The notes under the pieces: generated by a model | Database searches by the model: none | Told to the model about the DNA's origin: nothing | What the model saw: the letters and a program-made list of their open reading frames with translations, nothing else | NCBI GenBank assembly: GCA_945882065.1 | Contig: CAMCWI010000003.1 | Span: forward strand, 1 to 49,586 | Direction: 5' to 3' | DNA from: Akkermansia muciniphila | GTDB taxonomy: Bacteria; Verrucomicrobiota; Verrucomicrobiia; Limisphaerales; JADLHS01 | DNA: 49,586 nucleotides | Program-made: the position numbers and the translations under genes | Shown here: piece after piece, positions 37,543 to 46,966 of the stretch | Position numbering within the stretch: the stretch's first letter is position 1 | How the letters are laid out: every line of letters begins with the position of its first letter

Positions 37543-40500
37543 ATGCGTCACGGACTATTGAAATTTGTTGTCGGTTGGATTGTTGCGAACTGCGCGGTTG
37601 AGTTGATGGCGGCCAGCAAACCGTCGCCGATTGAATACAACCGCGACGTGCGCCCGATCCTGGCGGAGAATTGTTTCGTCTGTCACGGCCCGGATTCGGC
37701 GTCCCGCAAGGCGAAACTGCGGCTCGATAGTTTTGAGAACGCCACGGTGAAGACCGAGGACGGCGTCTCCATCATCGCTCCCGGAAAGCCGAACGAGAGC
37801 GACGTCGTCCGACGTATCTTCGATGAGGGCGATGATCTCATGCCGCCTGCGGATTCGCACAAGGTTCTCACCTCGCAGCAAAAGGAAATACTCAAACGCT
37901 GGATCGCCGAGGGCGCGAAATTTCAGCCGCATTGGTCGTTCATCGCGCCGGTGAAAGCTCTGTTGCCGCCGGTCAAGAACTCGAAGTGGGTTCGCAACCC
38001 GATTGATGGCTTCATTCTTGCGCGGCTCGAAAAGGAAAAGTTCAAGCCCGCGCCGGAAGCAGATCGGCGCACGCTCGCCCGACGGTTGAGTTATGATCTT
38101 ACCGGTTTGCCGCCGAAGCCGGAGGAGGTCGAGGCGTTCGTCGCGGACAAATCTCCTGACGCATACGAGAAGCTCGTGGATCGTTGGATCGCGACGCCGA
38201 GTTGGGGCGAGCATCGCGGGCGATACTGGTTGGACGCGGCGCGTTACGCGGACACGCACGGGATTCATTTCGACAATTACCGCGAGATGTGGACGTATCG
38301 CGACTGGGTGATCAACGCATTCAACAAAAACATGCCGTTCGATCAATTCACCGTGGAGCAGCTCGCGGGTGATCTGCTTCCGAAAGCCACGCTCGAACAG
38401 AAAACCGCGAGCGGCTTCAACCGTTGCAACATCACGAGCAATGAGGGCGGCGCGATTGCTGAAGAATATCTCGTTCTTTACGCGCGTGACCGAACGGATA
38501 CCACATCGCAAGTCTGGCTGGGGCTGACGGCGGGTTGCGCGGTCTGTCACGATCACAAGTATGATCCGCTCTCGCAGAAGGAATTTTACCAACTCTCAGC
38601 ATTCTTCAACAACACGACACAAAACGCGATGGACGGAAACCGCAAGGACACGCCACCTGTCCTGATCGTCGCCAAGCCCGGCGAGCAGCCGCGCTGGGAC
38701 GCGTTGCTGGGCGAGGTGAAAGACGCGGAAAATCGCGTGGAACAACGCAAGAAAAATGCGCGACTCGATTACGAATCGTGGATGGCGAAACCGGACATGT
38801 CGAAGTTGGATGCCCGCGTGACGAGCGAACAACTGGTGTTTCACGCTGAGTTGTCCGCGGGCGAAACGAACGTGCTTCGGACGAAAGTCGCAGGCGAGGA
38901 ACGGTTGATCACACTCGCGACCAACGCAGCAGCGCAGGGCGGCGTGATCGCGGAGAAGGCTTACACTGTGAGCGGCAATGGCACGCCGACGATTACTGAC
39001 GTGGGTAATTTCGAGCGCACGAATCAATTCACACTTATGGCGTGGGTGAAACTGACGGGTGACGACGGCGGCGCCGTGTTCTCTCGCATGTCGGCCAAGG
39101 GAAACAACTATCGCGGTTGGGATTTGTGGATTGAGGGAGGGACTCCGGGGATTCATCTGGTGCATGAGTGGCCGGGTGACGCGCTCAAGGTGATGGCGAA
39201 AAAACAATTGCCCAAGGATGCGTGGAATCATGTGGCGGTGACCTACGACGGAACATCGAAGGCGAAGGGCGTGAAGATTTACGTGAATGGCGAGTTGCAG
39301 AGAATGGACAAGAACACTGAGACGCTCAAGAGCAGTGTCCGCACGGAATCGCCGTTCAAGATCGGTGAACGTGATGGTTCTGCGCGTTTGGAGAATGCGG
39401 GGTTGCAGGACCTGCGGATTTTTGGGCGCGTTCTGAAACCGGAGGAAGTGCGCGACATCGCAAACTTTTCACGTCTCAGGTGGATCGTCTCCAAACCGGT
39501 CGAGTCGCGCACCAGTGCCGAGAGTGAGGAAGTATTTCCCCCGTGGCTTGCGACGCTGGATTCGGTGCATATCGAACTGGTCGCCAACCGGGACAAACTC
39601 AAAGCGGAAGCCGATGCCATCAAACTGCGCGGCACGGTGGCGCATGTGATGAACGAACGCGAGTCGCCCGCCGAGGCGTATCTCTTGTTCCGTGGCGAAT
39701 ACGATCAGCGTCGTGACAAGGTGATGCCCGAAACGCCGAAAGTTTTTCCGCCCATGCCCGCTGATCTGCCGCGCAATCGCGTTGGTTTCGCGAAATGGCT
39801 CGTTCGCCCTGAGCATCCACTTACCGCGCGCGTCACGGTGAACCGCTATTGGCAGGAATTGTTCGGCACGGGGTTGGTGCTGACCTCTGGCGATTTTGGA
39901 ATCGCAGGGGAGATGCCGTCACACCCGGAGTTGCTCGACTGGCTGGCGGTGGAATTTCGCGATGGCGGCTGGGATGTTAAAAAGTTTTTCCGATTGCTCG
40001 TCACCTCGGCGACGTATCGGCAATCCGCCTTGCACTCGCCGGAGAAACTTTCGCGCGATCCGGAGAATCGGTTGCTTGCGCACGGCCCTCGATTCCGCAT
40101 GGATGCTGAGATGATGCGCGACACCGCACTAGCCGCGAGCGGATTGCTCACGCCGAAGATCGGCGGGCCTAGCGTGAAGCCATATCAGCCCGACGGTGTG
40201 TGGGAAGCCGTGGCGATGCCAGAGAGCGACACCAAATCCTACAAGCGCGACACGGGAGAAAATCTTTACCGGCGCAGCATGTACACGTTCTGGAAGCGCG
40301 CCGCGCCGCCCGCCTCGATGGATATCCTGAACGCGCCGAACCGCGAGACTTGCACGGTGCGTCGTGAGCGAACGTCCACGCCGATCCAGGCACTCGTGAC
40401 GCTGAATGATCCGCAATTCGTCGAGGCGGCGCGGAATCTTGCCGAGCGTACGCTAAAACAGGGTGGAGATAAGGACGCGGCGCGCATTGATTTCATGGCG

Positions 40501-40722
40501 GAGCGGTTGATTGCGCGACCGCTGAACACGGCGGAGAAACGAATTGTCACTGGCGGGCTGAAGGATTTGCTCGCGCACTACAAGTCGTCGCCCAAGGATG
40601 CGGAGGCGTTGGTTGCTGTGGGTGAATCGAAAGCCGACGCAACACTCGACAAGCCGACGCTCGCCGCCTACACGATGGTGGCAAATCAATTGTTGAATCT
40701 GGATGAAGTGCTGAACAAATGA
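37543..40722 (+). CDS. Planctomycete cytochrome c / DUF1549 / LamG / DUF1553 protein
   Basis: Signal peptide, CFVCH and CAVCH heme motifs, RYWLDAARYADT, LamG-like WNHVAVTYDG, HPELLDWLA and QALVTLND. Confidence 0.93.
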   Translation: MRHGLLKFVVGWIVANCAVELMAASKPSPIEYNRDVRPILAENCFVCHGPDSASRKAKLRLDSFENATVKTEDGVSIIAPGKPNESDVVRRIFDEGDDLMPPADSHKVLTSQQKEILKRWIAEGAKFQPHWSFIAPVKALLPPVKNSKWVRNPIDGFILARLEKEKFKPAPEADRRTLARRLSYDLTGLPPKPEEVEAFVADKSPDAYEKLVDRWIATPSWGEHRGRYWLDAARYADTHGIHFDNYREMWTYRDWVINAFNKNMPFDQFTVEQLAGDLLPKATLEQKTASGFNRCNITSNEGGAIAEEYLVLYARDRTDTTSQVWLGLTAGCAVCHDHKYDPLSQKEFYQLSAFFNNTTQNAMDGNRKDTPPVLIVAKPGEQPRWDALLGEVKDAENRVEQRKKNARLDYESWMAKPDMSKLDARVTSEQLVFHAELSAGETNVLRTKVAGEERLITLATNAAAQGGVIAEKAYTVSGNGTPTITDVGNFERTNQFTLMAWVKLTGDDGGAVFSRMSAKGNNYRGWDLWIEGGTPGIHLVHEWPGDALKVMAKKQLPKDAWNHVAVTYDGTSKAKGVKIYVNGELQRMDKNTETLKSSVRTESPFKIGERDGSARLENAGLQDLRIFGRVLKPEEVRDIANFSRLRWIVSKPVESRTSAESEEVFPPWLATLDSVHIELVANRDKLKAEADAIKLRGTVAHVMNERESPAEAYLLFRGEYDQRRDKVMPETPKVFPPMPADLPRNRVGFAKWLVRPEHPLTARVTVNRYWQELFGTGLVLTSGDFGIAGEMPSHPELLDWLAVEFRDGGWDVKKFFRLLVTSATYRQSALHSPEKLSRDPENRLLAHGPRFRMDAEMMRDTALAASGLLTPKIGGPSVKPYQPDGVWEAVAMPESDTKSYKRDTGENLYRRSMYTFWKRAAPPASMDILNAPNRETCTVRRERTSTPIQALVTLNDPQFVEAARNLAERTLKQGGDKDAARIDFMAERLIARPLNTAEKRIVTGGLKDLLAHYKSSPKDAEALVAVGESKADATLDKPTLAAYTMVANQLLNLDEVLNK

Positions 40723-40851
40723 AATTCCAAGGACCAACATCCAAAATCCAGAGAAGCACCAAGCCTCAACGTCCAAACAGCCCAAACAGTTCGCTTGGAG
40801 CTTGGTATTTGATACTTCTCTGGATGTTGGAGCTTGGTGCTTGGAGCTTTT
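40722..40851. repeat. Heptamer inverted-repeat element (caagcNc / gagcttg family)
   Basis: caaggac caacatc caaaatc cagagaagcac caagc ... ttggagc ttggtat ttgatac ttctctggatg ttggagc ttggtgc ttggagc. Confidence 0.8.
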
Positions 40852-40855
40852 CCCT

Positions 40856-42361
40856 ATGAACCCCTTTCCCAACTTCACCCCGCACCCATTGTTCAAAGAC
40901 TACGTCCGTTCGGAAACGCGCCGCCAGTTCCTGCGGCGCGGCGCGAACTTTCTCGGCACGGCGGCACTCGCTGCACTTGCGCCCAACATGCTTTTCGGCG
41001 GTGAGAAGAAAAATGATTCCGCGCCGTCCATGCAGGACGTGATGAAAGCCATCGGACCGCACTTTCCGCCCAAGGCGAAGCGCGTTATCTATCTCCATAT
41101 GGTCGGCGGGCCGTCTCAGGTGGATTTGTTCGATCACAAGCCGGTGATGAATGATTGGTTTGACAAGGAATTGCCGGACACCATTCGCATGGGGCAACGA
41201 TTGACCGGGATGACGAGCGGACAAAAACGTTTTCCCGTTGCGCCGTCGAAATACAAATTTGAGAAGCGCGGCAAGAACGGGATGTGGGTTTCCGAACTGC
41301 TTCCGTGGACGGCGAAGATGGTGGACGATCTGACGTTCATCCGCTCAATGCACACCGAGGCGATCAATCACGAACCCGCCATCACCTACATGCAGACGGG
41401 CAACATGGTCACGGGGCGACCGTGTCTCGGCTCGTGGGTCTCGTATGGGCTGGGTTCGATGAATGAAAACCTGCCGACGTTCGTGGTGCTGGTCGCCAAG
41501 CCGAGCAACACCGAGCAGATTCAAGCCATCTCCGCGCGGCTGTGGTCATCAGGTTATCTTTCGGGAGAACACGCGGGGGTTTCCTTCCGCTCGGCAGGCG
41601 ATCCGATTTTGTTCATCAACAATCCTGACGGCGTGAACGAAAAGGTGCGGCGCAAAACGCTGGATGGGTTGAAGGCGTTGAACGAAATGAATTATCGCGA
41701 AGTCGGCGATCCTGAAACGCACACGCGCATCCAGCAGTATGAATTGGCGTTCCGTATGCAGGCCAGCGTGCCGGAACTCACGGCCATCACGAACGAGCCG
41801 GAATCCACCTACACGCTCTACGGCGAGGACGCAAAGAAGCCCGGCACATTCGCGAACTCAGCGTTGATGGCGCGACGACTCGTGGAGCGCGGCGTGCGCT
41901 TCGTGCAGATTTACCACAACAACTGGGACACGCACTCGAACACGTCGGGCCGGTTGCCGAGCCAGTGCAAGGACGTGGATCAGGCGTGCTACGGATTGAT
42001 CCAGGATTTGAAGGCGCGCGGGATGTACGACGACACACTCGTAGTGTGGGGCGGGGAGTTCGGGCGCACGATCTACACGCAGGGAAATTTGACGAAGGAA
42101 AATTACGGTCGTGACCATCATCCGCGTTGCTTCACGATGTGGATGGCTGGCGGCGGCGCGAAGCCCGGTGCTATCCACGGCGAGACGGACGACTTCAGCT
42201 ACAACATCGTGAAGGACGGCGTCCACATCCGCGACTTCCACGCGACGGTGCTGAATCTGCTCGGCTTCGATCACGAACGCTTCACGCATCGTTATCTCGG
42301 CCTTGATCAGAAACTGACCGGCGTGGAGAAGGCGATGGTGGTGAAGGAATTAATTTCCTGA
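40856..42361 (+). CDS. DUF1501 domain protein, Tat-exported
   Basis: TRRQFLR, KAKRVIYLHM.GGPSQ.DLFD.KP, ARRLVERGVRFVQ, WGGEFGRT and RDHHP. Confidence 0.93.
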   Translation: MNPFPNFTPHPLFKDYVRSETRRQFLRRGANFLGTAALAALAPNMLFGGEKKNDSAPSMQDVMKAIGPHFPPKAKRVIYLHMVGGPSQVDLFDHKPVMNDWFDKELPDTIRMGQRLTGMTSGQKRFPVAPSKYKFEKRGKNGMWVSELLPWTAKMVDDLTFIRSMHTEAINHEPAITYMQTGNMVTGRPCLGSWVSYGLGSMNENLPTFVVLVAKPSNTEQIQAISARLWSSGYLSGEHAGVSFRSAGDPILFINNPDGVNEKVRRKTLDGLKALNEMNYREVGDPETHTRIQQYELAFRMQASVPELTAITNEPESTYTLYGEDAKKPGTFANSALMARRLVERGVRFVQIYHNNWDTHSNTSGRLPSQCKDVDQACYGLIQDLKARGMYDDTLVVWGGEFGRTIYTQGNLTKENYGRDHHPRCFTMWMAGGGAKPGAIHGETDDFSYNIVKDGVHIRDFHATVLNLLGFDHERFTHRYLGLDQKLTGVEKAMVVKELIS

Positions 42362-42375
42362 TTTTTCCGCTCAGT

Positions 42376-42468
42376 CATGGGAATCGCAGGCTTAACGGAG
42401 GATTGGGAATGCGCGACATCCATCAGATCAAGCGCCGCAAACCCAAGCAGCATGTTCTCGATCACATC
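42376..42468 (+). pseudogene. dinD: Short internal dinD fragment
   Basis: HGNRRLNGGLGMRDIHQIKRRKPKQHVLDHI aligns without gaps to HGYRGLYGGLGMRDIPERKRLKPRQQVLDHM of the dinD at 18223-18315. Confidence 0.75.
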
Positions 42469-42485
42469 GAATTGGATTTGGGTGG

Positions 42486-43481
42486 TTAAGTAAAACTCGG
42501 CACGCCGATGTCGGTCATCAAGAGCAAGCCCGGTTGCGCTTTCAGTATGCGAGGTGCCGCGTTCACCAATGAAGCCACCGTTGCTCCGTCGCCTACCACG
42601 CCACCGTTGATGATCATGTTCATCGCGGGTTCACCATCAATCTGACAGGCATCGTGCGGGTTCGGTGCTTGGAGATACATTTTGATGTCGAGCGTGATCT
42701 TCACTTCGCCACGCAAGCGACCCACAGCGAGTTGATGGATGCCGCAACATTGGCCCTTCTTGACGCTGACATGTGGTGTGTGGATGTCTTGTAACGCAAC
42801 CAGCGCTTTGCCGGTCTCGATCAACTCATCCAGTTTCCAGCCGAGGCAATAGGCGATGAGCGCGGCGGATTCTTTCAACCCGGCGTGTCCGGTTTTGCCT
42901 TCGTTGAACAGGCGTTCAAATTCTTCCGGCGCGAGGCCGCTGCCAATTTTCTTTTGCAACGGGCCACGTCGCGTGGTGGCGTCCACGACGCGCTGGACGT
43001 GGACAGCTCGGACGTTGCGGCAAACTCCGGTGAGACAGACGGGCAGCACGTCCATGACGAAACCGGGATTCACACCCGTGCCGAGCACCCGCGCGCGGCC
43101 AGCCTTGCAAGCGGCGTCGAGCTGGGCGGCGAGTTCGGGTTCGCGCAGGGCAGGGTAGAGCAACTCTTCGCACGAAGAGACGACGCTGATGCCGTGGCGC
43201 ACCATCGGTTCGATCTGATCGCAGGCGGCGCGCACTTTGGAGACGGCGGTGTGGAAGATGACGTCGGGTTTGTTTTTCGCGATGAGTTCGTCGAGTGAAC
43301 GATAGACGGGAGCGTTGCCACAGTTCTTGTCGCCTGTGATCTCGGCGAGCGGCTTGCCGATCTTGGAGGGATCAATGTCAATACCTCCGACGATTTCCAC
43401 CCACGGTTTGCTCGCCGCGAGTTTGAGGGTTTCAATGCCGATGGGTCCGAGACCGAACTGTGCGATCTTGATTTTCTTCAT
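42486..43481 (-). CDS. DapB_N-type NAD(P)-dependent dehydrogenase (2,4-diaminopentanoate dehydrogenase-like family)
   Basis: QFGLGPIG, VVSSCEEL.YP, LGTGVNPGFVMD, RRGPLQKKIGSG and GD.AT. Confidence 0.8.
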   Translation of the reverse strand: MKKIKIAQFGLGPIGIETLKLAASKPWVEIVGGIDIDPSKIGKPLAEITGDKNCGNAPVYRSLDELIAKNKPDVIFHTAVSKVRAACDQIEPMVRHGISVVSSCEELLYPALREPELAAQLDAACKAGRARVLGTGVNPGFVMDVLPVCLTGVCRNVRAVHVQRVVDATTRRGPLQKKIGSGLAPEEFERLFNEGKTGHAGLKESAALIAYCLGWKLDELIETGKALVALQDIHTPHVSVKKGQCCGIHQLAVGRLRGEVKITLDIKMYLQAPNPHDACQIDGEPAMNMIINGGVVGDGATVASLVNAAPRILKAQPGLLLMTDIGVPSFT

Positions 43482-43557
43482 CGAGGGAAAGCTTTGCTGG
43501 TTGAAGTGGTTTTCAAAAGCCTGAACTTTCATGATCAAAGGTCACACGCCGCCTCTA

Positions 43558-43695
43558 AACATGTCGCGCCGACGGCGCTGGGATGGGTGAGCGCGGGTGG
43601 GATGGAAGTTCAGCCGTCCCTGCCGGGCTTGAATTGCGCCGCACCAAACCCGGCGTTAAAACGCCGGGCTATTGTCATTTGTCCCTTCGGAACAA
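43558..43695. repeat. REP-like hairpin cluster
   Basis: gcgccgacggcgc, gtccctgccgggc, cccggcgttaaaacgccggg (perfect stem) and gtcccttcggaac. Confidence 0.6.
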
Positions 43696-43716
43696 TCTGC
43701 ACGTTCGCTGGTGATT

Positions 43717-44406
43717 TTACTTCCCAGGCATTTGTGCCCCTGTCGGCTTAAATACTAGATTAAAGGTCAATTTCACCTCGTTACTAAAGATGGTGATATG
43801 TGGGTAATTATTGCCGTTCGAATTTGGAGCTGACTGGAAAAGTGGGGGTTCGATCGCAAAATCCTTCAGCTTGAGTTCAGTCGTGCCGGTGATTTTGAAC
43901 TGGGTCGCCTCAGGGTGGGTGAGTCGTGCTGGAAAGCTGATGAGGTTGGTGACTCCAGCCAGAGTCAGTTTGCCTCGGACTGTAAATTCCCAAGTCGGGA
44001 TTGGTTCGCGCAACGCGTTGGTGAGAGTCAATCGATTCATCACGAAGAAGATCGTTGGGTGTTTCTCGTCGCGGATCGCGTGGCGAATCCAGCGTCCTTC
44101 CAGATTGTTGGTTGGTTTGCCCGTGAGATCAATTGAGCCTAGAGATGCAGCCTGAATCGAAACGGTCAGATGACTTTCACAGTGGTGTGGAACTGGGCTT
44201 GTGGAGATGCTCAGCCAGTTTGTGGTGGTTTCCCATTGGCCGGAGATGTCGCGAGTTTGTGCGCTCCAACTGTGTATTGTTCCGTCGCCATCCAGTCGGA
44301 TGCTGCTTTCGGGCTGAAGTGTTAATTTTAACTCAGAAGCAGTCAGCATTGACTGGCCTGCAAGCAGCAAAAAAACAATCAGTATACTGAAGCGATTCGG
44401 GTTCAT
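43717..44406 (-). CDS. YceI family protein
   Basis: Signal peptide, S.I.LDGDGTIHSW, KHPTI.F, GKLTLAGVT and LKLKDFAIEPP. Confidence 0.8.
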   Translation of the reverse strand: MNPNRFSILIVFLLLAGQSMLTASELKLTLQPESSIRLDGDGTIHSWSAQTRDISGQWETTTNWLSISTSPVPHHCESHLTVSIQAASLGSIDLTGKPTNNLEGRWIRHAIRDEKHPTIFFVMNRLTLTNALREPIPTWEFTVRGKLTLAGVTNLISFPARLTHPEATQFKITGTTELKLKDFAIEPPLFQSAPNSNGNNYPHITIFSNEVKLTFNLVFKPTGAQMPGK

Positions 44407-44407
44407 C

Positions 44408-45541
44408 TTACTTCCCGCCATGCACCTCGCCGTAAACTTTCACGATGCCTTTTTCCAACGCCTCCCAATCGGCGGCGGTGGTTTCCCAGCCGCTGCTGAA
44501 GCGCAGGACTTGCGTGACTTGCCCGGCTTTGTAGCCCATCGCGCTGAGGACGTGGGACGGTTCTTCCTTGCCGGTGGTGCAGGCGGAGCCGGTGCTGACG
44601 GCGAAGCCCGCTTTGTCGAGGCGCGTGACCCAGCGTTGCTGGCCGCCTTCAGGCATGAGCGCGGAAACGGTATTCCACAAGCGCGGCGCACCGAGGCCCA
44701 CGACGGTGGTACCGGGCACTTGGCGGAGCAGGAGTTTCTCAAACTTCTCCCGCCACACGGCGCGGGTGTCGTGATCGTTGTTGGCGAGTTGTTTTTCGCG
44801 GGCATCAAGCGCGGCGAGCATGGCGACGATGATCGGAAGATTTTCCGTGCCGGCGCGTTGGCCGCGTTCTTGTTTGCCGCCGAAGATGAGTGAATTGATT
44901 TTGCTTTTATGCGGGGCTTTCAGAAAACCCACGCCGCGCGGTCCGCCGAATTTGTGTGCGGCGCCGGTGATGAAATCGCAAGCACCCAAATCTTTGGCGG
45001 GCATTTTGCCGAGCCATTGCACGGCGTCGGTGAAGAACGGGACTTCATACGCCTGACAGATGGCGAGGAGTTCGCGCCAGGGCTGAATGACGCCGGTCTC
45101 GTTGTTGGCGCACATCACGGAGACGACGCCGGGTCGCGTGTCGGCCATTTCGGTGGCGAACCATTCCATGTCCACCACGCCGTCGTGCGTGACGGGAATG
45201 ACTTTCGTGCGCTTGCCGAAATAGTGGCGCGAGGAATCATGCACGCAGGGATGTTCGATGGCGCTGATCCAGACTTCGCTTTTCGCGTCGAGCGTTTGCG
45301 CGAAGTGGTGTATCGCCATGTTGTTGGCTTCGGTGGCGCCGCTGGTCCAGATGATGTCGGCTGGATGGCAGCCGAGATGGTGCGCGAGTTTCTCGCGGGC
45401 TTCGACGAGAGCTTTATTGGCGGCCAAACCGAACGCGTGCGGGCTGCTCGGATTGCCATGAATTTTCTCGGTGGCTTCGAGCCAAGCTTCGCGGGCTTCG
45501 CGCATGACAGGCGCAGTGGCGTTGTAATCAAAGTAAAACAT
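44408..45541 (-). CDS. Cysteine desulfurase (IscS/NifS-like, aminotransferase class V)
   Basis: YFDYNATAP, GNPSS, TSGATEANN, NNETGVIQP, AHKFGGP.G (PLP Lys) and STGSAC (catalytic Cys). Confidence 0.93.
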   Translation of the reverse strand: MFYFDYNATAPVMREAREAWLEATEKIHGNPSSPHAFGLAANKALVEAREKLAHHLGCHPADIIWTSGATEANNMAIHHFAQTLDAKSEVWISAIEHPCVHDSSRHYFGKRTKVIPVTHDGVVDMEWFATEMADTRPGVVSVMCANNETGVIQPWRELLAICQAYEVPFFTDAVQWLGKMPAKDLGACDFITGAAHKFGGPRGVGFLKAPHKSKINSLIFGGKQERGQRAGTENLPIIVAMLAALDAREKQLANNDHDTRAVWREKFEKLLLRQVPGTTVVGLGAPRLWNTVSALMPEGGQQRWVTRLDKAGFAVSTGSACTTGKEEPSHVLSAMGYKAGQVTQVLRFSSGWETTAADWEALEKGIVKVYGEVHGGK

Positions 45542-45553
45542 TTCAGTCCAAGT

Positions 45554-45790
45554 TCATTTACGAATCAGCTTTGGGTTCTTCGCGGAATCAAAATAATGTT
45601 TCCCGTCCTTCGCCATTGACCAAATGTCGCTGAGTTCCCGCTTGGATGGCAGCAGTTCAGTTTCTGGTTTTGCGTGTAAAACTGATCGAACGCAACGCCG
45701 CTCAACACGGTTGGCTTGACGCTTGTCCGCCTTTTCCGTGGCGGCAGTTGTTATGCCAGTGATCGTGGTTTTCTTTTGTGATCGGCTCAT
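45554..45790 (-). CDS. Small basic hypothetical protein
   Basis: MSRSQKKTTITGITT...EKADKRQANR...W.MAKDGK.YF resembles a sporadically distributed small family; ends 12 bp before the desulfurase gene. Confidence 0.6.
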   Translation of the reverse strand: MSRSQKKTTITGITTAATEKADKRQANRVERRCVRSVLHAKPETELLPSKRELSDIWSMAKDGKHYFDSAKNPKLIRK

Positions 45791-46138
45791 TGGCTTTGTT
45801 TGGCTCACGCGCCCCGGACATTAAAACGATCTGCGTGGGCGTTGACGAGTTGAAACTATGCAACGGCGTGTGATTAAATCTGACGGGAACACGCCTTGAG
45901 TGGAGCGCCGATCTTTGATCGGCATATATCAGTCGAGTAACGATTCTCGTGATATTCTTTTTGATCACCGTGTGTCACGGGTTTGTGTGAACGCAAAGCC
46001 GGTCACAGACCGGCGCTCCCTCACCAAGACCAGAGCCTCACCCGCTTTTATTTACAGCCCATGCAAATGGCCCGTGCCCACATCTTCTTTACTCGCGCCG
46101 CGCGTTTCATTTATTCTCGCGGCACTTTTCCAACTATT

Positions 46139-46855
46139 ATGGCTAGAGAACCAATTGAAATGTTGATCGAATCGGTGACCACTGAGTTGCCGGATACCAA
46201 AACGCTCCGGCTCAAATGGCCGGACGGTCACAACCCCGAATTTCTCACTGGGCAGTTCATCACGGTGTATTGGCCGGACACGCCCGGCTATAAACGCGCT
46301 TACTCGCTCTCGTCCTGCGCGCTGGATCGCGGCGCGTATGAGGTGACGGTGAAGCGCGATGGCAAAATGGGCACGCGCGTGGTGGATTGGGCGAAGGCGG
46401 GCGACAAGATGTTCGTGCTGCCGCCTGCGGGGAAATTCCTGCCGGACTTCGCGCCGGGTAAACAACTCATCTGCATCGCGGGCGGTTCAGGCGTGACGCC
46501 GTTCCGTGGATTTGTTCGCGAGGCGACGAGACGAAATCTCGACACGAAGATCACCGTGCTTTACAGCGTTCGCACCACGAACGATATCATCTTCAAACAG
46601 GAGTTTCACGAACTGACGTTGCAGAATCCGAACTTCAACTTCTATGTCACCTGCACGCGATTGAACGAAGGTGATTCATGGCAAGGTCATCGCGGGCGGA
46701 TTGATTCTGCGTGGGTCAAAGAACACGTCCATGATCTACCGAACACAGTCTTTTATGCGTGCGGCCCGAACGCGCTGGTGGAAGCCACGGAGGAACTGGT
46801 GTTGCAAGGATTGAACGTGCCCAAGGCGCAGATGAAGACGGAGAAGTGGGGATGA
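46139..46855 (+). CDS. FAD/NAD(P)-binding oxidoreductase (FNR family)
   Basis: FLTGQF, RAYSLSS, IAGGSGVTPF, GRID and FYACGP; no 2Fe-2S domain. Confidence 0.9.
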   Translation: MAREPIEMLIESVTTELPDTKTLRLKWPDGHNPEFLTGQFITVYWPDTPGYKRAYSLSSCALDRGAYEVTVKRDGKMGTRVVDWAKAGDKMFVLPPAGKFLPDFAPGKQLICIAGGSGVTPFRGFVREATRRNLDTKITVLYSVRTTNDIIFKQEFHELTLQNPNFNFYVTCTRLNEGDSWQGHRGRIDSAWVKEHVHDLPNTVFYACGPNALVEATEELVLQGLNVPKAQMKTEKWG

Positions 46856-46857
46856 GA

Positions 46858-46964
46858 CAATTCAAAATTAAAAATGCAAAATTAAAAATGTTTTGCATCA
46901 TGGCGGTCGGGTGGTGTTCTTGGAACGCGACTCTTCCCAATTTTTAATTTTTAACTTTTAATTG
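46858..46964. repeat. AT-rich heptamer inverted-repeat element
   Basis: caattcaaaattaaaaatgcaaaattaaaaat ... tttttaatttttaacttttaattg. Confidence 0.7.
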
Positions 46965-46966
46965 CT

